Shown here: piece by piece, positions 40,652 to 52,209 of the stretch
Position numbering within the stretch: position 1 is the first letter of the stretch
Layout of the letters: each line of letters begins with the position of its first letter
DNA from: Raja brachyura
Lineage: Eukaryota
DNA: 64,000 bases
Direction of reading: 5' to 3'
NCBI GenBank assembly: GCA_963514005.1
Contig: OY740808.1
Span: 12,896,001 to 12,960,000 of the forward strand
Notes under the pieces: generated by a model
Told to the model about the DNA's origin: nothing
Databases searched by the model: none
The model's input: only the letters and a program-made list of their open reading frames with translations
Made by a program: the position numbers and the translations under genes

Positions 40652-42824
40652 AAACTATTTTAAAGTAAATTTTCGTTGCCCTGAGAAATAACTGAATAGA
40701 AATAATAGCAAAGATTACTGAAACCTCTGCTATTTTTGTTTGGCTCAACCTTGTGAATAAACCACAAGTTTCAGCAAATTGATGCCCAAATGGTCTTTGG
40801 TGTGCATCGGGGTAATCTCTCTTTCGCGGTGCGTGAAGCCAACAAACAGAGAATTGCAAAGAGAGATGGAGAGAAACAGAGAAAGGATCTAAATGAGGGT
40901 GAGAAAGAACATGAGATATGTAGCGGGGGTCAGAGAGAAAGAGAAAGCAAGGTGAGGGAAGACAGAGTAGGAATTGTAATGGGCACGGTTGAGTTAAAAA
41001 ACGGCGAGGGCAATATAAAGTACAGAAATTAACAAGTGCATGGACAAAACAGGAAATTTAAAAACAAAACGCATCATTGACAGATCACAGACTCCCAGGC
41101 CACCCGTAATTGATAGGTGAGGGCGGGGGGGGGGGGGAGGTCGAGAACACAGTTCCTCTAATATATTCCAACTGGGTGAACGGGCCAGTTGCAAGCACAT
41201 CCTGTATGTTTATCTGTCGATGTATTTTTTTGTTAATCGAGAGGCAAAGGGACATGTTCTGCGGTACGATTAGACGTTCAGCCCATCGAATCTCCACCGC
41301 ATTCAATCATGGCTGATCTATGCCTCCTGATCCCATTTTCATGCCTTCTCCCCATAACCTTTGACACTCACTGATATCCACTATTCCACATCAAAAATAT
41401 CATAGGAAGCAACACAGAATGGCCGAAATTGAAGCCCCGGATTCAATTTACGGGCTGAGTACGGGTGGTCCATTAAGCAATGCATGTTTGTATCCCCGTA
41501 TGTAAAGAAATGTGTACTGTGAACACAAAACTGGTAAAGTCCTACGATCCCTGGACGGTAAGAAGACGGTAAGAGGTGAAAGCACAGGCGATGTATAATT
41601 CAATTGTAATAGTAATTGGTGAGGCAGGGCTCCATATCGTCGTCAGCATTTCTTCTGATCATTGTAGCTACCCTCCACGAGGGGACGTTACATGGCAGCG
41701 AGCAATCGCCCTTCATATAACTGCCCCGCTGAACCTCTCCTCAAAAATCAAATTTCAGGAACACAGCTCACTTTGAAAATTGGGGATCAAAGTGGTTAGC
41801 GACCAGAATGGATTATCGCGGGACACCGCAAGTCACATTCTGATCATTTTCCTTACTTTGCCCCTGTTTCGCCATAGATCACTACTTTACCTTCAGTTAC
41901 GTGAGATTAATCTTTAATGAAGGACTTTATAAGAAGCATTCTAGAAATCCATGTAAATAATATCCATAGACATTCCCCCGTAATTTACGTTGGCATTATT
42001 CAAAAATCCAATCTGTTCCATCAGTCATGTCATGCCTTTAAAAGCCCACGCTGAAAAAGTTGAACATGTCAAATTGTTCCATCTTCAATTATAAACTCCA
42101 CAATTTTCCACCCACTGAAAATTAGTTGGTGGAAAATTGAGAGCGACACGGTGGCGCAACGGTAGAATTGCTGAATATAGAGTCAGAGACCTGTGTTCGT
42201 TCCTGACTACGGATGCTGTCTGTATTGGAGTTTGAATATTCTCCCTGTGACCGGTGGTCCTCCGGTATCCCAAAGATATGCAGGATTGTAGTTTAATCGG
42301 CTTCTGTACATTGTCCCTAGTTTGTAGGATAGAAGTGGTGTACCGGTAAACGTGGCCAGCGCGGAATCCTGGGCCGAAATGCCTATTTTCACCTTATATC
42401 TCTAAAACTTAAAAAAACGAAAATTGTTCGGACGACTCAGCAAACTATTACTGCTATCCCACTTTTAGGGTTGTTTTAAGTAGTAAACTGGCATGTGCAA
42501 TTCCGCCAATGAAATATGTGTTGCAGAGACTGAAAGAACATTGAAAGATTGCAGTTGAGTCAATAACGCTCTTAGATCCTCACTCTACAAAGCCTAGGAT
42601 GGAAATCATTAAACCATAGAATATTCTATTTCTTTAGCATTAAGACTGGTCTGATAGATGCCTGCATTCAAGTTTTGTGGTGGGCCTACCTGCAGATAAA
42701 TAACTATACTTTCTTCCGGAGAAACAAATTAGACGATTCTAACGTAGTGTTGGTCCGCCATCTACTGGAATATATGTTTAACTACAGTTTCAGAGCAAAC
42801 AAAAACAAAATAGAAAGAGGAACT

Positions 42825-42917
42825 GAAGAAGGGTCTCGACCCGAAACGTCGCCTATCTCCTTCATTCCTTAGATGCTGCTGCACCCGCTGAGTTTCTCCA
42901 GCTTTTTGTGTAACCCC
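42825..42917 (+). mobile_element. Short Penelope-derived insertion with hammerhead-like core
   Basis: 13-bp TSD AGAAAGAGGAACT at 42812-42824 and 42918-42930; empty sites at about 2943 and 21533. Confidence 0.8.
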
Positions 42918-43048
42918 AGAAAGAGGAACTCAGTGGGTCAGGCAGCATCTGTGTAGGGCACACTTCATTACAATCCCTTTTCCGGCATCGTAGAGGGGTA
43001 AAAAACCAACAATTCCAGCGTTTACTTTATGTCCCGCTTGTTCATTTT

Positions 43049-46000
43049 ATGTTAAGTTTTAATCTACAATTTGATAGGGAGAAGGATAAATCAGAGGTGT
43101 CAGTATTACAGTTGAACAAAGGGGACTCTGGAGCCATGAGGGAGCAGCTGGCCAAAGTTGACTGGAAAGATACCCTAGCAGGGATGGCAGTGGAATAACA
43201 ATGGCATGTATTTCTGGGAATAATACTGAAGTTGCAGGATCAGTTCAGTCCAAAGAGGATGAAAGAGTCTAAGGGGAGTAAGAGGCGACCGTGGCTGACA
43301 AGGGAAGTCATGGGCAGTATAAAAATGAAAGAGAAGTATAACATAGCAAAGATGAGCGGAAAGCCAGATTGTGTAGCTTTTAAAGAGCAACAGCAGATAA
43401 CTAAAAAAGGCAATACGGGGAGAAAAGATGAATTACGAAGGTAAGCTAGCCAGGAACATAAAGGAGGATAGTAAAAGCTTCTTTAGGTATGTGAAGAGGT
43501 TTAAAAAATAGTTAAGACCAAAGATTGGACCATTGAAGACTGAAAAAGGTGAAATTATTATGGGAAACAAGGAAATGGCAGACGAGTTGAACAGGTACTT
43601 TGGATCCGCCTTCACAAGGAGGACACAAACAATCTCCCTGATGTACCAGTAGCCAGAGGATCTAGGGTGACTGAGGAAGTGAAGGAAATGCACATTCGGC
43701 AGGAAAGGGTGTTGGGTAGACTGATGGGACTGAAGACTGAGAAATCCCCAGGGTCTGATGGTCTGCATCTCAGGGTACTTAAGGAGATGGTTCTGGAAAT
43801 CGTGCACGCATTGGTGATAATTTTCCTATGTTCTATAGATTCAGGTTCAGTTCCTGTGGATTGGAGGGTAGCTAATGTTACCCCACTTTTTAAGTAAGTG
43901 GGAGAGAGAAAACAGGTAATTATAGACCAGTTAGCCTGACAACGGTGGTGGGGAAGATGCTGGAGTCAATTATAAAAGATGAAATAGCGGCACAGCTGGA
44001 TAGCAGTAGCAGGTTCGGTCAGAGTCAGCATAGGTTTACGAAGGCCCATCAAGGCCCATTAGTCATGCTTGACTAATCTTCTGGAATTCTTTGAGGATGT
44101 AACTAGGAAAATAGACAAGGGAGAGCCAGTGGATGTAGTGTACCTGGACTTTCAGAAAGCATTTGATAAGGTCCCACATAGGAGATTAATGGGCAAAATT
44201 GGAGCACAAGGTATTGGGGGTAGGGTGCTGACATGGGTAGAAAAATTGGTTGGTAGACTGGAAACAAAGAGTATGGATTAACGGGTCCCTTTCAGAATGG
44301 CAGGCAGTGATTAGTGGGGTACCCCAAGGCTCGGTGCTGGGACCGCAGCTATTTACAATATACATTAGTGATCTAGATGAAGGGATTCAAAATAACATTA
44401 GCAAATTTGCAGATGACACAAAGCTGGGTGGCAGTGTGAACTGTGAAGAGGATGATATGCAGGGTGACGGACCGGTTGGATGAGTGGGCAGATGCATGGC
44501 AGATGCAGTTTAATGTGGATAAATGTAAGGTTATCCACTTTGGTGGCAAAAACAGGAAGGCATATTATTATCTAATTGGGGAAAGGGGTAGTACAACAGG
44601 ATCGGGGGGGGGGGGGTCTTTGTTCATCAGTTACTGAAAGTAAGCATGCAGATACAGCAGATAGTGAAGAAAGCGAATGGCATGTTGGCCTTCATAAAAA
44701 GAGGAATTGAATATACAGTGGCTTGCAAAAGTATTCATACCCCTTGAACTTTTCCACATTTTGTAACGTTACAACCACAAACGTTAATGTATTTTATTGG
44801 GATTTTATATGATAGACCAACACAAAGTGGCGCATAATTGTGAAGTGGAAGGAAAATGATTCATGGTTTTCAACTTTTTTTTACAAATAAAAAACTGAAA
44901 AGTGTGGCGTGCAAAGGTATTCAGCCCGCTTTACTCTGATACCGCTAAATAAAATCCCGTGCAACCAATTGCCTTCAGAAGTCACCTAATTAGTAAATAG
45001 AGTCCACTTGTGTGTAATCTCATCTCAGTATAAATACAGCTGTGCTGTGAAGGCCTCAGAGGTTTGTTAGAGAACATCAGTGAACAAACAGCATCATGAA
45101 GCCCAAGGAACACACCAGACAAGTCAGGGATAAAGTTGCGGAGAAGTTTAAAGCAGGGTTAGGTTATAAAAAAATATCCCAAGCTTTTAACATCTCACGG
45201 AGCACTGTTCAATCCATCATCCGAAAATGGATCCAAGACATGGCCGTCCACCTAAACTGACAGGCCGGGCAAGGAAAGCATTGATCAGAGAAGCAGCCAA
45301 GAGGCCTATGGTAACTTTGGAGGAGCTGCAGAGATCCACAGCTCAGGTGGGAGAATCTGTCCACAGGCCAAATATTAGTCGTGCACTCGACAAATCAGGC
45401 CTTTATGGAAGAGTGGCAAGAAGAAAGCCATTGCTGAAACAAAGCCATAAGAAGTCCCGTTTGCAGTTTGCCACAAGTCATGTGGGGGACACAGCAAACA
45501 TGTGGAGGAAGGTGCTCTGGTCTGATGAGACCAAAATTGAAGTTTTTGGCCTAAATGCAAAACGCTATGTGTGGCGGAAAACTAACACTGCACATCACCC
45601 TGAACACACCATCACCACTGTGAAACATGGTGGTGGCAGCATCATGCTGTGGGGATGCTTTTCTTCAGCAGGGACAGGGAAGCTGGTCAGAGTTGATGGG
45701 AAGATGGATGGAGCCAAATACAGGGCAATCTTGGAAGAAAACCTGTTAGAGTCTGCAAAAGACTGGGGCGGAGGTTCACCTTCCAGCAGGACAATGACCC
45801 TAAACATACAGCCAGAGCTACAATGGAATGGTTTAGATCAAAGCATATTCATGTGTTAGAATGGCCCAGTCAAAGTCCAGACCTAAATCCAATTGAGAAT
45901 CTCTGGAAAGACTTGAAAATTGCTGTTCACAGATGTTCTCCATCCAATCTGACTGAGTTTGAGCTATTTTGCAAAGATGAATGGGCAAACATTTCAGTCT

Positions 46001-47118
46001 CTAGATGTGCAAAGCTGGTAGAGACATACCCCAAAATACTTGCAGCTGTAATTGCAGCGGAAGGTGGTTCTACAAAGTATTGACTCAGGTGGGGCTGAAT
46101 ACTTTTGCACGCCACACTTTTCAGTCTTTTATTTGTAATAAAATTTGGAAACCATGTATCATTTTCCTTCCACTTCACAATTATGCACCACTTTGTGTTG
46201 GTCTATCACATAAAATTCCAATAAAATACATTTACGTTTGTGGTTGTAACGTGACAAACTGTGGAAACGTTCAAGGAGTATGAATACTTTTGCAAGCCAC
46301 GGTAAGAGCAAAGAGGTCTTTCTGCAGTTGTGCAGGGCCCACGAGACAACGCCTGGAGTGTTGTGTGCAGTTTTGGTCTCCAAAGTTGAGAAAGCACATT
46401 CTTGCTATTGAGGGAGTGCAGCGGTTCACGAGGTTAATTCCGGGGATGGCTGAACTGTGATATGTTGATAGAATGGAGCGGCTGGGCTTGTATACTCTGG
46501 AATTCAAGACAAGAATCAAGAGACAAGAGACAAGAGTCAAGAGTCAAGTCAATAGTGTTTTATTGTCATATGTCCCGGTTGGGACAATGAAATTCTTACT
46601 TGTTGCAGCACAACAGAATATGTGAATATGTAAAATTGTAAATAACGGGGAAAAAAGTAAAATATAGTGCAAATAACAAATAATTATATAGTCTAATTTA
46701 AAAGAATGAGAGGGGATCTTATTGAAGGATATAAGATTATTAAGTGTTTGGACACGCTAGAGGCAGGAAACTTGTTCCAGATGTTGGGGGAGTCCAGAAC
46801 CAGGGGCCACGTTTTAAGAATACTGGGTAAGCCATTTAGAACGGAGACGAGGAAACCCCTTTTCACACAGAGTTGTGAGTCTGTGGAATTCTCTGCATCA
46901 GAGTGCGATGAAGGCCGGTTCTCTGTATACTTTCAAGAGAGATCTAGATAGGGCTCTTAAAGATAGCGGAGTCAGGGGATATGGGGAGAAGGCACGAACG
47001 GGATTGTGGATGATCAGCCATGATCACATTGAATGGCGGTGCTGGCTCGAAGGACCGAATGGCCTACTCCTGCACCTATTGTCTATTGTCTATAGTCCTG
47101 CACCTATTGTCTATTGTC
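43049..47118 (+). mobile_element. CR1 LINE, paralog of 3074-5667, split by a Tc1 insertion
   Basis: Same RT motifs. Lacks the 3532-3629 insertion and contains the Tc1 at 44716-46302. Confidence 0.92.
44716..46302 (+). mobile_element. Tc1/mariner DNA transposon (DD34E, Passport-like), near full length, transposase frameshifted
   Basis: TA TSDs at 44714-15 and 46303-04; IR/DR-type TIRs of about 210 bp. Transposase 45096-46083 reads MKPKEHTRQVRDK...GRPPKL...WSDETK...FQQDNDPKH...WPSQSPDLNPIENLW...GGSTKY, with small deletions near 45230 and 45765. Confidence 0.95.
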
Positions 47119-48385
47119 TTAAGAGAAAGCGATTGATTTGGAAAGGAATGCTTAATTTAACAATAAACCGCAATGTAAATAAACGTCGGAGCTGTTGGAG
47201 ATCAGTTGAAATCTATGTTATTATCACGCTCTGAAAATGACCCTTCCGCGTTGAGATGGTGTCAGGAGAAAGGACAAATACAGTTTTTAATTGTCCTGAA
47301 TACCTGGGATGCCAATTGATTTAAGAATGGAAACTAGTTTTTATTGTAACTGGTCTGTGACTCACGGCCCAGGTATCCTAGTTCAAAACTTGTTGCCACT
47401 AAAATGACCAAACTATCCCAGGATAAATAAACATGTACAATGCATGCAAGAGTTACCTTCTGGCATCTAGATCCCGAGAATAAATTCAATGTATTTATAT
47501 TATATTATATTAAGTTCCAGTTTAGTAGCACAGTAGATGATGAAGGGTGATCAAAGTTTTCGATAAATATCCCTAGTCTGCTTTATTTGAAGAGCAAAAT
47601 TCGTTCATTGAATCTTCTTCCAATGGCAATTGGGATTCATCGACAGAACAAAAGGTTAGCTGTTCCGGTTAGGTTGAGGGTGCATGAAGGTATCAAGCTT
47701 TTAATGTAATATTGATATGAAATTGTTTCTCTAACTTAAGCATGAAAAGCTGGGCCAAATAACCAGTCTGAAATATGAGGCAGATTTGTCCCGTCATTGG
47801 CATTATTCTTCTACAACCCCAATTGATCGTTTTGCTACACACTGAACAAGAAGCTGCCTGCAAACAAATTGTTATGCAACCCATACATTCCATTACACGA
47901 TGGATTCAATTATGTCCTTAAGTGGTAATGCACATAAAGCATTCATTTCAATCACTTTGAAACATCTTAAAAGTGTTCCTGGATTTATATCGATATCGTG
48001 GACTATCACAAACTAAAAGGGAAGTTATCAAGTAGGAATATATTTTCCGTATAAATTTCTAACTTTGATGCACAATAACTGGTAGACCACATTGGTGTGG
48101 AAACGCTAGGATTAGATATATTATATTTTTGGAAGAATGTGGAGCCTTTGGTTTGGATGTAGAATCAATCAAGTTCTCATTGAGTGGAATAGTTGGTTTA
48201 ATAATCTAAAGTACCTCGTCCCATTTCTTTCACATTAGTTCGGGCAATATTCTTTGCCAGTCAAAGACTATTGCCATGTGTTATCAAGTGTTATCAAGAA
48301 TATTATCAAGTGTTACGTTTAATCAGCGATACCAGCGTAGACAGAATTGCCATAAGTGTTACGACATCAGGAAAACTACACAATA

Positions 48386-48690
48386 GTTTCGTTTAGTTTA
48401 GAAGTATAGCGTGGAAACAGGCCCTTCGGCCCACCGAGTCCGCGCCGACCAGCGATCACTTGTATATTAGGTCTATCTTGCACACTAGGGACAATTTCAG
48501 AAGTCAATTAGCCTACAAACCTGCACTTCCTTGAAATGTGGGAGGAAACAAGAGCACCCGGAGAAATCCCACGCGGTTATCCACGTACAAGCTCCGTACA
48601 GACAGCAACCGTTGTCAGGATCGAACCCGGGTCTCAGATGCTATGTAGCAACTATATTCCTGCACCACTATGCCAGCGCTACGCCGCCCA
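48386..48690 (-). mobile_element. tRNA-derived SINE
   Basis: Reverse complement of the 51913-52203 family, with a (CTAAA)n tail. Confidence 0.8.
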
Positions 48691-50267
48691 ATTTCAACAG
48701 AGACTGCACTTGTAACTCCGACGGTAAATGTGCCGTGTGTGCAGCAGAGGAATCATTATTAGTTGTCTAAAGACAGTTACTGTCCGATCATTTGTCTTTG
48801 AAAATGTTGACATGGGGGGTTGTCGTTGAAATAAAATATAATAAAAATCAGGATGGGCACCCACCAACTCATCATATTGCCCCACGTCAAAGAAGAAGTT
48901 ATTGTTGAATATGGGAGAAATAAATAATGTCATATTGCAAGCCAGCATGTATTACTTGGATAATTAGGAGCGAGAAAAACAATTATCATCTCTTTTATAA
49001 TACTGATGGCGAATCATAGAATTTCTGCTGCAGAGGAGGCCATTTATCCATCATGCCTGTGCCGGTCCAACGCTTGATCCAGAGCCCTGTGGGTCATGCT
49101 TCTTCGAATGATGCCCAAGTATTTTGCAAGCATGACGGGGTTTATTACTCTGCAACTGAAACATAACCATTCATCATTGTTGGTCGATGTGGGCAAGTTG
49201 CGCCGATGGACCTGTTTCCACGCTATATGGCTCTATATCTCTATGCCTCCAGGACACTGGGTGAATTAATGTTCTGAATCTCCTGCTAACATCTTAGATC
49301 TATTCCCCCTCAGTTTTGAATCTTCTGCTGAAAAATATTCTCGATTGACTCTACCAATGATAATACAGCTCAATTCAATTTCAATTTAGCTTATTTGTTC
49401 CATATAAAACAACCCAAGCCCAAGCAATCAGTCCAAACAGCTACAATTATCCAGTGCGGCAACATGCTCGTAAAACTATCCTGTGCAATGTTCTGACCAG
49501 AACTAGATACATAACCCAGAAGGTGGTCGAACGCGCATAGTATACAGGTCTAATATGAATTCCTTACTTTAATGTTCTATGCCCTAGTTTATAACGGACG
49601 GCATTCTGTATTCCGTTTCAACCATCTCCGTGACTTATGAAAGCGGTAATGGTCTGTGGACGTGCACTACATGATCCGTTTGTTCCTCCAATACACACTA
49701 GTTAAAAAAAAGATTGAGTATTTCCTTCTCTAGTTAATGGCCTTACATTCCTCTGCTTTAAATTTCATCTCCTACTTTTCTATCTAACAGATCGGCAATC
49801 TAATGTTTCCTTCTCAGTGTCAGACACACGGCCAACTTTACATCATTTAGAAATCTCTACATTTCACCCTGATTTGAAAGTGAACGGAAACATCGTTCCG
49901 TTTATCTCTCTGTCAGATAAACGGAAACATCGTTTCCGTAAAATAAGTTGCCGGTTTATTTCTCCCTCGCATTAATGTAGGCTATGACTAACCAAGAAAG
50001 GGGATTTTGCAGATCGATGTCGTCATCTTGGTGTTATAAAAGAACAGTGTGTTTCCCCCCCTGTGCAATGCGCCAAGAAGTAATCTTGCCTACGGGATTT
50101 TATTTTGGGGGGGGGGGGGGGGGGGAGGTGATAGGTTTATTATTCAAAAATACACAAAGTGCAGGAGTTACTCAGCGGATCAGGCAGCATCTATGGAGAA
50201 CTTGGATAAGTAACGTTTCGGGTCGAGACCTCAGTATTATTGCGCGATAAACACATAAACAGTGTCA

Positions 50268-50506
50268 CAAAAAGCTGGAGAAACTCAGCGGGTGCAGCAG
50301 CATCTAAGGAGCGAAGGAGATAGGCGACGTTTCGGGTCGAGACCCTTCTTCAGACCCTTCTTCAAGACCCTTCTTCGGAGTCTGAAAAAGGGTCTCGACC
50401 CGAAACTCCGCCTAACTCCTTCGCTCCTTAGATGCTTCTGCACCCGCTGAGTTTCTCCAGCTTTTTGTGTAACCCTCGATTCTCCAGCATCTGCAGTTCC
50501 TTCTTT
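50268..50506. mobile_element. Penelope-derived inverted (fold-back) insertion
   Basis: Two opposed copies of the same roughly 90-bp unit, flanked by the 18-bp TSD AACACATAAACAGTGTCA at 50250-50267 and 50507-50524. Confidence 0.8.
50322..50357 (-). ncRNA. Putative minimal type I hammerhead ribozyme (PLE-associated)
   Basis: Minus strand reads GGGU-CUGAAGA-A-GGGUCUCGACCC-GAAAC-GUC-GCCU: conserved core boxes, stem II hairpin, palindromic ACGU in place of stem III, and a short stem I. Confidence 0.6.
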
Positions 50507-50727
50507 AACACATAAACAGTGTCATATTGTTTTGTCCTTATTATGCTTTGGCGTACGATGCTTATTGTGATTGCCTCCGAATGCATGGCATTTGCTCACA
50601 CATTCTCAGTTCCTTTTTAAAACTTGGCAACGTGTCAACGTACTTTCTTCAGTGCAATTACAGTTCATGATTTGGAACACTCAGCAAAGTTTCTACTTTA
50701 TAATTGCTATGGCAGCAAAACAGAAGC

Positions 50728-50783
50728 AAGAGGAACTTTTTACTTCATTTATAACGGGAAGATTCAGCTGTTGCACTCATATT
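50728..50783 (+). promoter_or_regulatory. Putative promoter of the type II receptor gene
   Basis: PU.1/Spi-like AAGAGGAACTT at 50728-50738. TATA-like TTTATAA at 50748-50754. E-box CAGCTG at 50765. Inr-like TCATATT at 50777-50783, about 29 nt after the TATA. Confidence 0.5.
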
Positions 50784-50808
50784 CGTAGACGCCAGTCAAT
50801 CAGATCGA

Positions 50809-50890
50809 ATGGCCCTCGAAAATCCTTCTAACGACGCCTTGAAAAATTTATGCATTTGTGACAACGAAAACTCTGCATTATTCAAGACCG
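50809..50890 (+). CDS. Type II membrane receptor (probable C-type lectin), exon 1: cytoplasmic tail
   Basis: ATG-MALENPSNDALKNLCICDNENSALFKT followed by G|gtaatt. An 83-bp intron ending cattcag joins it in frame to the transmembrane exon. Confidence 0.7.
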
Positions 50891-50973
50891 GTAATTATTA
50901 TGTCAATTGTATAGACACTTGCAGTATGAAATTATATACTGCTTCATTTCAATTAATTTCAATATACATTCAG

Positions 50974-51087
50974 GCTCAGAATGGACTCGATTGACGAAAC
51001 CGAGGCAAGGGGAAATAATTGTGAAGGTCACTGTCACGTTGTGTCTGATTGGCCTGGGAGTACTCACAGCACTGTCCATTGCTGCAT
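50974..51087 (+). CDS. Type II membrane receptor, exon 2: transmembrane segment
   Basis: ttcag|GC...T|gtaagt, 114 bp, phase 1-1. Encodes GSEWTRLTKPRQGEIIVKVTVTLCLIGLGVLTALSIAA: basic residues, then a hydrophobic stretch. Confidence 0.82.
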
Positions 51088-51912
51088 GTAAGTATTGTTC
51101 TTCTGGTAGTATACATGTCCATCTGCGATATAAAACAGGCAGCACGCTGCGTGCGATCAGTTATACGCCCCGCCAATAATTAATCGATGTCAACAGAGCC
51201 GACCCCAATCGGCGACCGATACCCCACTTTCCGCTTGGCGATACCCCCACCCCATCGAACTATTGTCTATCCATATTACTGCATAACTTTCTACCAGTCT
51301 ACCTTCTGCCAAGCACAAATTCCACCACTATGTGTGAACTCTGCGATATATTTAACCCATCCAAATTGTGTGCTCACCACGTTCCGATGGGTAATGTTTC
51401 TGTTCTCGGGAGGTGTGACATAGGAAGCAATAGGCTCTCTGTCAGATAAATCACTCTCGCGCTCTCTAATACGAGAAAATGCGCCCAGCTGGTCAATACA
51501 GATCATTTAAAGCGAATATTGACAAATCGCTTTAGAATTTGAATGGACGGGGCGATCAAAGATATGGGTATCCCACTCTTAAACTGTGTGTCTGTAATTG
51601 TACACTCTGCTCTTTCCGTGTGGTAGTAAACACTGCACAGCAACGGTGTTGGTTTGGGATATTTCGGGAACATTACATTCTCCAGTGGATTCAATCAGTT
51701 CTCCGCTTGAGAACTTCTACGGAAATTATTGGCTGCTGTTCACCTAGTCCAACGCTGCTGAAAAAAATCATGTAGAGTAGATGCGTTCATGGTGCAGCCT
51801 TTTCAATAAGGTGATTACTCTGACCTGAACATTTCAGAGAGGACTTCTAGTAGACCATGGCATTGGAGTAGAATTGGGCCATTCGTCCCGTCGAGTCCGC
51901 TGGATCAGATCA

Positions 51913-52203
51913 GGGCGGCACAGTGGCGCAGCGGTGGAGTTGCTAGAGAGCCGGGTTCGATCCCGACTACGGGGGCTGTCTGTACTGAGTTTGTACGTTC
52001 TCCCCGTGACCCGCGTGGGTTTTCTCCGAGATCCTCGGTCTCCTCCCACACTCCAAAAACGTACAGGTTTGTAGGCTAATTGGCTTGGTAAATGTAAAAA
52101 ATGATCCCTAGTGTGTGTAGGATAGTGTTAATGCGCGGGGATCGCTGGTCGGCGTGGACTCGGTGGGCCTGTTCCCGCGCTGTATCTCTAAACTAAACTA
52201 AAG
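51913..52203 (+). mobile_element. tRNA-derived SINE (HE1/V-SINE-like)
   Basis: A box GTGGCGCAGCGG, B box GGTTCGATCCC, (CTAAA)n tail. Confidence 0.85.
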
Positions 52204-52209
52204 TAAAAA

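Larger units (their letters stand above)
25139..48158. repeat. Tandem duplication unit C (terminal unit, contains IgL gene 2)
   Basis: Collinear with unit B plus extra insertions (DIRS, Tc1, Penelope pieces). Homology ends at 48158, where sequence not repeated elsewhere in the window begins. Confidence 0.93.

Noticed and set aside
6549-48158. The array as a pure assembly artefact (false duplication)
   Set aside because: Units differ by TSD-flanked insertions, a transposon footprint and a novel junction, which artefacts do not create. Some single-base indels near 14400-16300 may still be consensus errors, and exact copy number needs read depth.
51090-51420. Possible U1-like or other snRNA (ATACTTAC on the minus strand at the left edge, TATA-like motif, small hairpins)
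   Set aside because: ATACTTAC is simply the complement of the exon 2 donor GTAAGTAT; nothing else matches a known snRNA.
51913-51990. tRNA gene
   Set aside because: The A/B boxes belong to a SINE head; there is no cloverleaf, and the SINE body and tail follow.
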